Source of the DNA: an uncultured Acidimicrobiia bacterium
GTDB lineage: Bacteria; Actinomycetota; Acidimicrobiia; Spongiisociales; UBA11373
Assembly (NCBI GenBank): GCA_964354255.1
Contig: CAYGYX010000008.1
Span: 7,898 to 52,556 of the forward strand
Length of the DNA stretch: 44,659 nucleotides
Direction of reading: 5' to 3'
In this document: positions 1 through 10,779 of the stretch, in pieces
How the letters are laid out: the number at the start of each line of letters is the position of its first letter
Numbering within the stretch: the stretch's first letter is position 1
The notes under the pieces: generated by a model
Seen by the model: the letters and a program-made list of their open reading frames with translations, nothing else
What the model was told of the DNA's origin: nothing
Database searches by the model: none
Translations under genes and position numbers: made by a program

Positions 1-1
1 C

Positions 2-640
2 CGCACTGCCACCTACCAGGCCTGGATCGCCTCCGTCCTGGCCTCGCCTCCGCCCCCGCCTCCGCCCACCTGTCAGGGACGGCCCGCCACCATCGTGGGC
101 ACCGCCGGTGCCGATCTCCTCCCCGGCACCTCCGGCCGCGATGTGATCGCCGCCCTGGATGGGAACGACACGGTCTTCGGCTACGGGGGCGATGATTTCG
201 TATGCCTCGGGCCCGGGGACGATGCGGCCTACGGCGGCCCCGGCGACGACATCATCCGGGGTGAGGAGGGCGCCGACCACCTCGCCGGCAACGGGGGCGC
301 CGACCGTCTCCTCGGCGGCCTGGGATCCGACACGCTCCTCGGCGGCGTCGGGCCCGACCGGCTGGTCGGGGGCCGCCAGGCAGATCGGGCCTTCGGGGGC
401 CCTGGTCCCGACACCATCCTCGGTGAGAACGGCGACGATGAGCTGCACGGCGAGGGGGGCTGGGACATCCTGCGCGGCGGCGACGGCACCGATGCCTGCC
501 ACACCGGCGAGGATGTGATCTGCGAGATGGCCGTGGCCGCCCCCGACGGCACCCGATGGGTCTCGGGCGCGCCGAGCGGCGGTCCTGGCCGGGCTGCGCT
601 TGGGGGCAGCCGCAGGGTGCGGGGCCGGGGCGCTCACTGA
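2..640 (+). CDS. 3' part of a trypsin-like serine protease with C-terminal RTX/hemolysin-type Ca-binding repeats (truncated by window start)
   Basis: Frame is open from base 2: RTATYQAWIASVLASPPPPPPPTCQGRPATIVGT aligns with RTANYTEWIESILATPPPTCEGVEATILGS of the next gene. GGxGxD repeats follow, and the CHTGEDVICE motif mirrors CYSGEDVVCE. Confidence 0.85.
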   Translation, partial: RTATYQAWIASVLASPPPPPPPTCQGRPATIVGTAGADLLPGTSGRDVIAALDGNDTVFGYGGDDFVCLGPGDDAAYGGPGDDIIRGEEGADHLAGNGGADRLLGGLGSDTLLGGVGPDRLVGGRQADRAFGGPGPDTILGENGDDELHGEGGWDILRGGDGTDACHTGEDVICEMAVAAPDGTRWVSGAPSGGPGRAALGGSRRVRGRGAH

Positions 641-666
641 CCAGTCACTCCGCTAGCGTGTGGCCC

Positions 667-2130
667 ATGACGTTGCGCACCCGCTTCTTGTTCCCTTCCG
701 TTTTGGGCGTGGCCTTGCTTCTGTTGCTCGGCGCGGCGGCGCCCTGGACGGCCCAGGCCGAAGGAGCCCTTGCCGAAGGCGGGATGATCGACCCCCGCAT
801 CGTGGGCGGCACCGAGGTCGATCCTCCCGGCAAGTACCCCTTCATCGTCGCCGTTGTCTTTGCTTCCGAACCAGACACCTACTGGGGCCAGTTCTGCGGT
901 GGTTCGCTCGTAGCTCCGCAGTGGGTGCTCACCGCCGGCCATTGCGTCAGGTTCGCAGATGCCAACGCGGCCTGGAAGCTCGATGTGGTGGTGGGCCGCC
1001 ACGATTTGCGCAACGGCACCGATGGGGAGCGCATCGGAGTCGCCGGCATTTACCGCCACCCCGGCTACGACAACTGGACTCTGGCCAACGACCTGGCGCT
1101 GCTCCGCCTGGAGCGCGCGGCGACCCTTGGGTCTCCGATCGACCTGGCCACCGCCGCCAATGCCCCTCTGTTCTCCACCGGGGAGATCGCCACGGTCATC
1201 GGCTGGGGAGCCACTTACGAGCAGCCCCCGGGGACGCCCCAGTATCCCGATGAGCTGCGCGAAGTCCGGGTGCCCGTGGTTTCCGATATTCAGTGCGCCT
1301 TGGCGTACGGCCGCGACCTGATCCTCCCCGACATGCTGTGCGCCGGCGACATGATCTTCGGCGGTGTCGATTCGTGCTTCGGGGACAGCGGCGGCCCGCT
1401 CTTTGTCGAGGTGGACGCGGCAATCGAGCCTGCCTACCTGCACATCGGGATCGTCTCCTCGGGCAACGATTGCGCTCTGCCGGGCTGGCCGGGGCTCTAC
1501 ACCCGGACTGCCAACTACACCGAATGGATCGAGTCGATCCTGGCGACCCCGCCGCCGACGTGCGAAGGCGTGGAGGCGACCATCCTGGGCAGCGTTGGCG
1601 ACGACACCATCGAGGGGACTGAGGGGGACGACGTGATCGCGGCCCGGGCGGGCGACGACGTCATCTACGGCAGCGGCGGCCACGACCTCATTTGCGGCGG
1701 CGCCGGCGACGACCGGGTGGACGGCGGCGTCGGGGACGACGCCATCCTCGGCGGTGCCGGGAAGGACCGCCTGGAGGGCGCCGAGGGGAATGACGTTCTC
1801 AGGGGCGGGCCTGGGGACGACCGCCTCTACGGAGGCCCAGGCGAGGATCGGTTGTTCGGCGGCCCCGGAGCGGACCTCGCCCTTGGTGAGGAAGGCAACG
1901 ATGTCGTCTACGGTGGTGGGGCCCAGGATCGGCTGTACGGCGGCGACGGCGACGACTGGGTGCTGGGGCGCAGCGGCGACGACTTCCTCAGGGGCGGACC
2001 CGGCGACGACAGCCTCGTGGGCGACGAGGACTTTGATGTGCTGAGAGGAGACCCGGGGATCGACACCTGCTACAGCGGCGAAGATGTGGTCTGTGAGGTC
2101 TTGAGGGCGGGGTCGGTCAAACTGCAATGA
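667..2130 (+). CDS. Secreted S1A trypsin-like serine protease with RTX Ca-binding repeats
   Basis: Signal peptide ending AQA; R|IVGG activation site; triad motifs TAGHC, NDLAL, GDSGGP; many GGxGxD nonapeptides. ATG 667 lies 7 nt after TAGCGT. Confidence 0.93.
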   Translation: MTLRTRFLFPSVLGVALLLLLGAAAPWTAQAEGALAEGGMIDPRIVGGTEVDPPGKYPFIVAVVFASEPDTYWGQFCGGSLVAPQWVLTAGHCVRFADANAAWKLDVVVGRHDLRNGTDGERIGVAGIYRHPGYDNWTLANDLALLRLERAATLGSPIDLATAANAPLFSTGEIATVIGWGATYEQPPGTPQYPDELREVRVPVVSDIQCALAYGRDLILPDMLCAGDMIFGGVDSCFGDSGGPLFVEVDAAIEPAYLHIGIVSSGNDCALPGWPGLYTRTANYTEWIESILATPPPTCEGVEATILGSVGDDTIEGTEGDDVIAARAGDDVIYGSGGHDLICGGAGDDRVDGGVGDDAILGGAGKDRLEGAEGNDVLRGGPGDDRLYGGPGEDRLFGGPGADLALGEEGNDVVYGGGAQDRLYGGDGDDWVLGRSGDDFLRGGPGDDSLVGDEDFDVLRGDPGIDTCYSGEDVVCEVLRAGSVKLQ

Positions 2131-2161
2131 CCGGTTCGCGGCCCCGCCTACCTCAGACGAA

Positions 2162-3760
<1,599 letters not shown>

Positions 3761-3763
3761 CCG

Positions 3764-3976
3764 TCAGACGAAGTAGAGCACCACCAGGGCCACGCCGGCG
3801 GCCACCACCAGCAGGCCGAGGAAGCGGATGATGAAGTTCGTCGCCACCAGGTTGCCCACCTGGGCGCTGTGCCTCGGGTGGGGCCAGAGCCGGGCGGCGA
3901 AGTGAACGAAGGGCTGGGCGCCGAGCACGCCGTAGGACCCGACGAGGATCAGGACGATGCCGACAATCAGACCGAT
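3764..3976 (-). CDS. Small two-TM membrane protein (~70 aa), start codon uncertain or non-canonical
   Basis: Manual translation IGLIVGIVLILVGSYGVLGAQPFVHFAARLWPHPRHSAQVGNLVATNFIIRFLGLLVVAAGVALVVLYFV*. GC3-rich codons, fills the gap between ABC-F and pat, preceded by TAGCCT and GGAGGG. Confidence 0.6.
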   Translation of the reverse strand: MGLIVGIVLILVGSYGVLGAQPFVHFAARLWPHPRHSAQVGNLVATNFIIRFLGLLVVAAGVALVVLYFV

Positions 3977-4075
3977 TACCGCAACCCTCCCGGCGCGAGG
4001 CTAGCGGAGAGCCGCCCTGCCTGGCGGGGCAGCGCGCCAACCTGGCAGAATGCCATAGGCTCGACAGAGAGAGTG

Positions 4076-6811
4076 ATGGTGGCTGCCTATCCGACCGACT
4101 ACGACTTCCATGTAGTGCTGCGCGACGGGGGACTGGCGCACATCCGCCCCGTCAAGCCCGAGGACACCGACGCCCTGCACGCCATGTTCCATCGCCTCGG
4201 GCGGGAGAGCGTGTACCACCGCTTCTTCCGTCACAAGAAGGACCTCTCCAAGGAGGAGCTGCAGTACTTCACCCAGCTCGACTACGACGATCGCATGGCC
4301 TTCATCGTCGAGCTGGGGGGCAAGATGGTGGCCATCGGCCGCTACGACCGCATGGAGGACGACCACACCGCCGCCGAGGTCGCCTTCGTGGTCGAGGACG
4401 GCCACCAGGGTCGGGGCATCGCCACCCAGCTGCTGGTCCACCTCACCAACTATGCCCGCAACAACGGGGTGACGTCGTTCCGCGCCTTCGTCCTCCCCGA
4501 CAACTACCCGATGATGCGGGTGTTCCGCAGCTCGGGGTTCCAGCTCCACCGGGAGATGGGCCAGGGCATCTACACCGTCGAGTTCCCCGTCGAGTTGACC
4601 GACGAGGCGAAGCGAGTGGCCTGGCAGCACGAGCAGCAGGCGGTGGCGGCCTCCCTGCTGCCCATGTTCTACCCGCGGAGCATCGCGGTGATCGGCGCCA
4701 GCCGGGACGAGCGGTCGATCGGCGCCCGGGTGATGCGCAACACCATGGCCGCCCGCTTCTCCGGCATCGTCTTTCCGGTCAACCCGAACGCCCCGGCGGT
4801 GGGCTCGGTGAAGGCCTACCGCTCGGTGCTCGACATCCCCGACGCGGTGGACATGGCGGTGGTGGTGGTACCGGCCCGCGCCGTGACGGCGGTGGCGCAG
4901 GAGTGCGCCGACAAGGGAGTCAAGGCCCTGGTGGTCATCAGCGCCGGGTTCTCGGAGATCGGCGACGCCGGTGCCGTGCTGGAGACCGAGCTGCTGGAGC
5001 TGGTACGCAGCGCCGGGATGCGCATGGTCGGGCCCAACTGCATGGGCATGCTCAACACCGACCCGGCGGTGAACCTCGATGTCACCTTCGCCCCCAACTA
5101 CCCGCCCCGAGGCAATGTGGCCATGTCCAGCCAGAGCGGGGCGCTGGGGATCGCCATCCTCGACTACGCCCGCCAGCTGGACATCGGCATCTCCTCGTTC
5201 GTGTCGATGGGTAACAAGGCCGACGTGTCGGCCAACGACCTGCTGCTCTACTGGGAAGGCGATCCCTCTACCGATGTGGTGCTCCTCTACCTGGAGTCGT
5301 TCGGGCACCCGCGCCGTTTTGCCCGCATCGCCCGGCGGGTCAACCGCCGCAAGCCCATCGTCGTGGTCAAGTCGGGCCGCAGCCAGGCCGGGGCCCGGGC
5401 GGCGAGCAGCCATACGGGATCCATGGCCAGCGGCGAGACGGCGGTGTCGGCCCTCTTTCGCCAGACCGGGATGATCCGCACCGACACCCTCGAGGAGCTC
5501 TTCGAGGTGGCCTCCTTGCTGGCCAATCAGCCCCTGCCGTCGGGCCGGCGGGTGGGGGTGCTGACCAACGCCGGGGGCCCGGCCATCCTGGCGGCCGACG
5601 CCCTCTCTGCGGAGGGCCTCGACCTCCCCCTGTTTTCGGAGGGGCTGCAAGAGGCGCTGCGCCGCGAACTGGCCGCCGAAGCGTCGGCGGGCAACCCGGT
5701 GGACATGATCGCCTCGGCCAGCCCCGACCACTACCGGGCTTGCCTACGCCAGCTCCTGGCTTCCGACGAGATCGACTCGGTCATAGTCATCTACATCCCC
5801 ACCGCCCCGCGACCTGCCCGCGATGTCGAGCAGGCGGTGGCCGAGGTGGTGGCGGAGGGCACCAACGGCAAGACGGTGCTCGCCGTCTTCATGGAAGCCG
5901 ACGAAGGCGACCTGGGGCCGATTCCGCCCGGGGAGATCCGCGTTCCCACCTACGCCTTCCCCGAGCCGGCGGCCCGCGCCCTGGCCCAGGCGGTGCGCTA
6001 TGCCGAGTGGCGGGCCCGGCCCGAGGGGGTCATCGCCGAGTTCGAGGACACCGACACCGACGCTGCCCAGGATGTGATCTGGGGCGCCCTCGGGCGCCTG
6101 GGCGTGGATGGGGGGTGGCTGCTCCCGCACGAGGCCGACGCGGTGCTCGATGCCTATCACATCCCGCACCCCCGCTCTCGCCTGGTTGGCTCCCGTGAGG
6201 AGGCGGTGGCGGCGGCGGCCGAGATCGGCGGTCCCGTCGCCCTCAAGGTGGTGGCCCCGAGTGCCCTGCACAAGAGCGATGTGGGCGGCCTCGCCCTGAA
6301 CATCCAGGGGGATGAGGCGGTGGCCGCCGCCTACGACGCGGTCACCGCGGTGGCCGCCGACGCTGAGGGGGCGTTCGTGCAGGAGTTCGTCGCCGAGGGA
6401 CACGAGGTCATCGTCGGCATGACCGAGGATCCCTCCTTCGGGCCGCTGATCGCCTTCGGCCTCGGCGGCGTCTTCGTCGAGCTGATCGGCGACGTCTCGT
6501 TCCGCATGAACCCCGTGACCGATCTCGACGTCGACGAGATGATCGGCGAGGTGAAGGCGGCCCGGATCCTCCAGGGCTACCGGGGCAACCCCCCTGGCGA
6601 CATCCCCGCCCTTAAAGAGCTCATGCAGCGGCTGTCGGCCATGATCGAGGAAGTGCCCGAGATCGTCGAGCTCGACCTCAACCCGGTGAAGGTCCTCGCG
6701 CCCGGCAAGGGGGCGGTGGTGGTGGATAGCCGCATGCGGGTGCGCTCCGTCCCGCAGCGCTGGCTGCCCAGCCGGAAGGACATCCCCGCCGCCGAGCGGC
6801 GCCTGCGCTGA
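4076..6811 (+). CDS. GNAT acetyltransferase fused to NDP-forming acyl-CoA synthetase-like domains (Pat-type protein lysine acetyltransferase, GNAT at N-terminus)
   Basis: N-terminal GNAT (AEVAFVVEDGHQGRGIAT); CoA-binding (SIAVIGAS, GPNCMG, SQSGALG, SMGNKAD, ASSHTG); C-terminal ATP-grasp-like (HKSDVGG, ELDLNPV). Start trimmed from 3869. Confidence 0.88.
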   Translation: MVAAYPTDYDFHVVLRDGGLAHIRPVKPEDTDALHAMFHRLGRESVYHRFFRHKKDLSKEELQYFTQLDYDDRMAFIVELGGKMVAIGRYDRMEDDHTAAEVAFVVEDGHQGRGIATQLLVHLTNYARNNGVTSFRAFVLPDNYPMMRVFRSSGFQLHREMGQGIYTVEFPVELTDEAKRVAWQHEQQAVAASLLPMFYPRSIAVIGASRDERSIGARVMRNTMAARFSGIVFPVNPNAPAVGSVKAYRSVLDIPDAVDMAVVVVPARAVTAVAQECADKGVKALVVISAGFSEIGDAGAVLETELLELVRSAGMRMVGPNCMGMLNTDPAVNLDVTFAPNYPPRGNVAMSSQSGALGIAILDYARQLDIGISSFVSMGNKADVSANDLLLYWEGDPSTDVVLLYLESFGHPRRFARIARRVNRRKPIVVVKSGRSQAGARAASSHTGSMASGETAVSALFRQTGMIRTDTLEELFEVASLLANQPLPSGRRVGVLTNAGGPAILAADALSAEGLDLPLFSEGLQEALRRELAAEASAGNPVDMIASASPDHYRACLRQLLASDEIDSVIVIYIPTAPRPARDVEQAVAEVVAEGTNGKTVLAVFMEADEGDLGPIPPGEIRVPTYAFPEPAARALAQAVRYAEWRARPEGVIAEFEDTDTDAAQDVIWGALGRLGVDGGWLLPHEADAVLDAYHIPHPRSRLVGSREEAVAAAAEIGGPVALKVVAPSALHKSDVGGLALNIQGDEAVAAAYDAVTAVAADAEGAFVQEFVAEGHEVIVGMTEDPSFGPLIAFGLGGVFVELIGDVSFRMNPVTDLDVDEMIGEVKAARILQGYRGNPPGDIPALKELMQRLSAMIEEVPEIVELDLNPVKVLAPGKGAVVVDSRMRVRSVPQRWLPSRKDIPAAERRLR

Positions 6812-6888
6812 GGGCGGATCGCCGGCCAGACTGGCCCTGCCGCGTCCCTACCATGCGGCCCGCGCACAGATGAGGGGAGTCTCCTTCC

Positions 6889-9567
6889 ATGGCCGGAACC
6901 AAGTGGGTCTACGGGTTCGATGAGGTCGCCGAGGCCGAGCAGCGCTACGGCGGCGACTGGGAGGGAGTGCGTGCCCTCCTCGGGGGCAAGGGGGCCAACC
7001 TCGGCGAGATGACGAGGCTGGGGGTGCCGGTCCCTCCCGGGTTCACCGTGACCACCGAGGCTTGCCTCGCCTACCTGGCGGGGAGCGAGGCGTTCCCCCC
7101 GGGGTGCTGGGAGCAGATCGAGCAGGCCCTGCACCGGGTGGAAGAGGCCACCGGCAAGCGGTTCGGCGATTCGCGAGAGCCGCTGCTGGTCTCCTGCCGG
7201 TCGGGGGCCAAGTTCTCCATGCCGGGGATGATGGACACGGTGCTCAACATCGGCCTCAACGACGAGGTGGCCGCCGGCCTGTCCCGCCTCACCGGTGACG
7301 AGCGTTTCGTGTACGACTCCTACCGGCGCCTCGTCCAGATGTTCGGCTCGGTGGTGCTGGGCAAGCCCGACGAGGTCTTCGAAGAGGTCCTGGAGCATCA
7401 TCGGGCCGAGCAGGGGGTGGCCACCGACTCCGAGCTGCCGGTGGAGCGCCTCAAGGCCATCGTGGCCGAGTTCCGCCGGCTCGCCGGCGGTTTCCCCTCT
7501 GACCCGAACGAGCAGCTCCGTCTGGCCACCGAGGCGGTCTTCAAGTCCTGGAACGGGAAGCGGGCCGTCGACTATCGCAACGCCGCCGGCATTCCCCACG
7601 ACCTGGGCACCGCGGTGAACATCCAGACCATGGTCTTCGGGAACATGGGTGACGACTGCGCCACCGGCGTGGCCATGTCGCGCAACGCCACCACCGGCGA
7701 GCCGAAGATCGAAGGGGACTACCTGATCAACGCCCAGGGTGAGGACGTCGTGGCCGGCATCCGGGCGACCAAGCCGCTCGAGCAGCTGGCCGGCGAGATG
7801 CCCGAGATGTATGCCCAGTTCGCCGCCATCGCCTCCCGGCTGGAGCACCACTACCGCGAGATGCAGGACATGGAGTTCACCGTCGAGCGGGGCAAGCTCT
7901 GGCTGCTGCAGACCCGCAACGGCAAGCGGACCGCGCAGGCGGCGGTGCGCATCGCCGTCGACCAGGTCGGGGAGGGCCTCATCTCCCGGCAGGAGGCGGT
8001 GATGCGAGTCAAGCCCGACCAGGTGGACTTCTTCCTGCACCCCCAGTTCCGCCCCGAGTCCCGGACGGGAGCCGTCAAGCTGGCCACCGGCCTGAACGTG
8101 TCCCCCGGCGCGGCGGTGGGCATGGCCGCCTTTGATGCCGACCTGGCCGAGCGCTGGGCGAAGGAGGAGGGTAAGCAGGTGATCATGGTCCGCCCGGAGA
8201 CCAAGCCGGACGACGTGCACGGCATGCTTGCCGCCGAGGGCATCCTCACCAGCCGCGGCGGCCGCACCAGCCACGCCGCCCTGGTGGCCCGCCAATTCGG
8301 CAAGCCGGCGGTGGTGGGGGTGGCCGCCCTCGACGTCGACATGGCCGCCCGGACCATGATGGTGGCCGGCCGGGTGATCGCCGAGGGCGACTGGATCTCC
8401 ATCGACGGCACCAGCGGCGACGTCTACCTGGGGCGCCTGGAGACGATGGTGCCCGACATCTCGGACCCGTGGCTGATGAAGCTGCTGACCTGGGCCGACG
8501 AGGTGCGCACCCTGCGCGTGCGGGCCAACGCCGATTACCCGGTCGATGCGGAGCGGGCCCGCCGATACGGGGCGGAGGGCATCGGCCTCACTCGCACCGA
8601 GCACATGTTCTTCCAGACCGAGCGCCTGCCGCTGGTGCAGAAGATGATCATGACTACCTCGGCGGAGGAGCGCGCCGAGGCGCTGGCCCGGCTGCTGCCC
8701 TACCAGCGGGCCGACTTCGAGGGCCTCTTCCGGGCCATGGATGGGTTGCCGGTGATCATCCGGCTCATCGACCCGCCGCTGCACGAGTTCCTCCCCTCTG
8801 CCACCGACCTCACCCAACGGCTCATCGACCTCAAGGTCGAGGAGGCGCGGGGCGGGGAGGTCGCGGCCCAGATAGCAGAAGTTGAGGGCTTGGCCTCCCG
8901 CGTGGAGGCCTTGCACGAGGCCAACCCCATGCTCGGCACCCGCGGCGTGCGCCTGGGGATCACCCTCCCTGAGCTCACCCGCATGCAGGTGCGGGCCATC
9001 TTCGAGGCGGCCTGCGCCATGACCCGGGAAGGGGTGGCGGTGCACCCCGAGGTGATGATCCCCCTCGTCAGCCACGTCAACGAGCTGAAGGTGCAACGGG
9101 AGCTCCTCGAGGCGGAGGCGCACCTGGTCATGGCCGAGCAGGGCATCGAGGTGAAGTACCTCTTCGGCACGATGATCGAGATCCCGCGGGCCGCCCTCAC
9201 CGCCGACGAGATCGCCCGCTACGCCGAGTTCTTCTCGTTCGGCACCAACGACCTGACCCAGACGACCTTCGGCATCAGTCGCGACGACGCCGAGGCCGGC
9301 TTCCTGGTGCGCTACCTGCGGGAGGGCATCTTGGAGGAGAACCCCTTCGCCACTCTCGACCGCAACGGGGTGGGCCGGATCATGCGCCTGGCAGTCGAGG
9401 GGGGCAGGGCGACCCGTCCCGACCTTGAGGTGGGCATCTGCGGCGAGCACGGCGGGGATCCCCGCTCCATCGCCTTCTGCCACGAACTGGGGCTTGACTA
9501 CGTGTCCTGCTCACCGTTCCGGGTGCCCATCGCCCGGCTGGCGGCCGCCCAGGCCGCTTTGCAGTAG
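6889..9567 (+). CDS. ppdK: Pyruvate, phosphate dikinase
   Basis: LLGGKGANL, PGMMDTVLN, GEDVVAGIR, GGRTSHAA phospho-His loop, FSFGTNDLTQ, GICGEHGGDP. Confidence 0.97.
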   Translation: MAGTKWVYGFDEVAEAEQRYGGDWEGVRALLGGKGANLGEMTRLGVPVPPGFTVTTEACLAYLAGSEAFPPGCWEQIEQALHRVEEATGKRFGDSREPLLVSCRSGAKFSMPGMMDTVLNIGLNDEVAAGLSRLTGDERFVYDSYRRLVQMFGSVVLGKPDEVFEEVLEHHRAEQGVATDSELPVERLKAIVAEFRRLAGGFPSDPNEQLRLATEAVFKSWNGKRAVDYRNAAGIPHDLGTAVNIQTMVFGNMGDDCATGVAMSRNATTGEPKIEGDYLINAQGEDVVAGIRATKPLEQLAGEMPEMYAQFAAIASRLEHHYREMQDMEFTVERGKLWLLQTRNGKRTAQAAVRIAVDQVGEGLISRQEAVMRVKPDQVDFFLHPQFRPESRTGAVKLATGLNVSPGAAVGMAAFDADLAERWAKEEGKQVIMVRPETKPDDVHGMLAAEGILTSRGGRTSHAALVARQFGKPAVVGVAALDVDMAARTMMVAGRVIAEGDWISIDGTSGDVYLGRLETMVPDISDPWLMKLLTWADEVRTLRVRANADYPVDAERARRYGAEGIGLTRTEHMFFQTERLPLVQKMIMTTSAEERAEALARLLPYQRADFEGLFRAMDGLPVIIRLIDPPLHEFLPSATDLTQRLIDLKVEEARGGEVAAQIAEVEGLASRVEALHEANPMLGTRGVRLGITLPELTRMQVRAIFEAACAMTREGVAVHPEVMIPLVSHVNELKVQRELLEAEAHLVMAEQGIEVKYLFGTMIEIPRAALTADEIARYAEFFSFGTNDLTQTTFGISRDDAEAGFLVRYLREGILEENPFATLDRNGVGRIMRLAVEGGRATRPDLEVGICGEHGGDPRSIAFCHELGLDYVSCSPFRVPIARLAAAQAALQ

Positions 9568-9573
9568 ACGGGG

Positions 9574-10692
9574 TCAGAGCGGGAAAGAGGCGCGGACCAC
9601 CGTCCCCCGGCCGGCGGCGGTGTCGACGGTGAAGGAGCCTCCGGCCGCCTCCACGCGGGTGGCCATGTTGACCAGGCCCATGCCCCGCCGGGTCCGGGCC
9701 GGATCGAAGCCGCGTCCGTCGTCGGCCACCGAGACCACCAGCCGGGAGGGGTCCCCGTCCACCCGCACGTCGATGTCCCGCGCCCCGGAGTGGCGCAGGG
9801 CGTTGCTCAGGGCCTCCTTGACGACGCCGATCAACTCGTCGCCGAGGTGAGGGGGGATGAGGGCGGGAGGGCAGGAGACATCCAGGGCGACCCGCGCCTG
9901 GTAGGGCCCGGCCAGCTGGCCTACGAGGTCGGCCAGCTCCTGGCGCAGGCTGGGCCGAGCCCAGACGGGCGGGCGCAGGTCGAAGATGAAGCGACGCAGG
10001 GCGCTGATCGTCTCGTCGAGCTTCTCCACTGCCTCGTCGAGGCGCTGGCGCACCTCGTCCTGGACCGGGTCGAGGTGGTTCACCTGGGCTTGGATGCTGA
10101 GTCCCACAGCGAAGAGGTCCTGGATGATGGAGTCGTGCAGGTCGCGGGCGATACGCTCCCGTTCCTCGAGCAGGGCGGCCCGGCGCAGCCGCTCCTGGAG
10201 GCGGAGGGTGGACACCGCCGAACCGGCGGTGACGGCGAGGAACTCCACCAGGGTCTCGTCCTCCTCGGTGAAGCCTTCCTCCTTGTCGGCCAGGTACAGG
10301 TTGCCGAAGACGCGGTCGCCGACCCGCACCGGGACCCCGAGAAAGGTCCGCATCTGGGGATGGCCCTCGGGGAAGCCGACCGCGTCGGGATGGGCGGCCA
10401 CGTCGTCCACGCGGGTGGTGTGCCCGGCCCGGGTGATGGTGCCCAGCACCCCGAGCCCTTTGGGGAGGTGGGGGATGGCGGCGGCCGTCTCGTCGTCCAT
10501 GCCGACCGGGATGAAGTGGACCAGGCTGCCCTGCTGCCCGAGCACCCCGAGGGCCCCGTAGCGGGCACCGGTGAGCTCCATGGCGATCTCCACCGTGGAA
10601 CGGAGCAGGCCCGACAGCTCCACTTGGCCGGCAACGCTGGCCGCCCCCTCCACGAGCCCGGCGATGCGCTCGGGCGTCAGTCGGCGGGTCAC
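9574..10692 (-). CDS. DosS/DosT-like cytoplasmic GAF sensor histidine kinase (single GAF)
   Basis: GAF with GFPEGHPQMRTFLGVPV (DosS GAF-A heme-His motif); HisKA_3 RIARDLHD; HATPase EALSNALRH, DDGRGF, GMGL. GTG 10692 lies 7 nt after TAACCT. Confidence 0.88.
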   Translation of the reverse strand: MTRRLTPERIAGLVEGAASVAGQVELSGLLRSTVEIAMELTGARYGALGVLGQQGSLVHFIPVGMDDETAAAIPHLPKGLGVLGTITRAGHTTRVDDVAAHPDAVGFPEGHPQMRTFLGVPVRVGDRVFGNLYLADKEEGFTEEDETLVEFLAVTAGSAVSTLRLQERLRRAALLEERERIARDLHDSIIQDLFAVGLSIQAQVNHLDPVQDEVRQRLDEAVEKLDETISALRRFIFDLRPPVWARPSLRQELADLVGQLAGPYQARVALDVSCPPALIPPHLGDELIGVVKEALSNALRHSGARDIDVRVDGDPSRLVVSVADDGRGFDPARTRRGMGLVNMATRVEAAGGSFTVDTAAGRGTVVRASFPL

Positions 10693-10706
10693 GCCCCACA
10701 GGTTAC

Positions 10707-10760
10707 TTGTGACCTTCGGCCACCGGGCGGGGACGATGGGCCGGGGACCGTATCCCCGGC
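10707..10760. promoter_or_regulatory. Tandem DosR-box-like sites in the divergent kinase/regulator promoter
   Basis: GTGAC-CTTC-GGCCA (10709-10722) and GGGAC-GATG-GGCCG (10730-10743), 21 bp apart, resemble the GGGAC-N4-GTCCC core. There is also a perfect inverted repeat GCCGGGGA-N5-TCCCCGGC (10740-10760). Confidence 0.55.
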
Positions 10761-10779
10761 CGTCGGTACTGTGCAAACC

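Noticed and set aside
100-2080. Repetitive DNA in the protease genes as a nucleotide repeat array
   Set aside because: Explained by protein-level GGxGxD repeats with synonymous variation.
6812-6860. DosR-box-like sequence upstream of ppdK
   Set aside because: Poor match to the consensus in very GC-rich DNA.
6870-6888. SD-occluding mini-hairpin before ppdK (GAGGGG-AGTC-TCCTTC)
   Set aside because: Only 6 bp with two G-U pairs; too weak to call a thermometer or switch.
9790-10779. Apparent 330-aa N-terminal extension of the response regulator
   Set aside because: Antisense to the kinase; the receiver domain starts at ATG 10780 behind a -10 hexamer.
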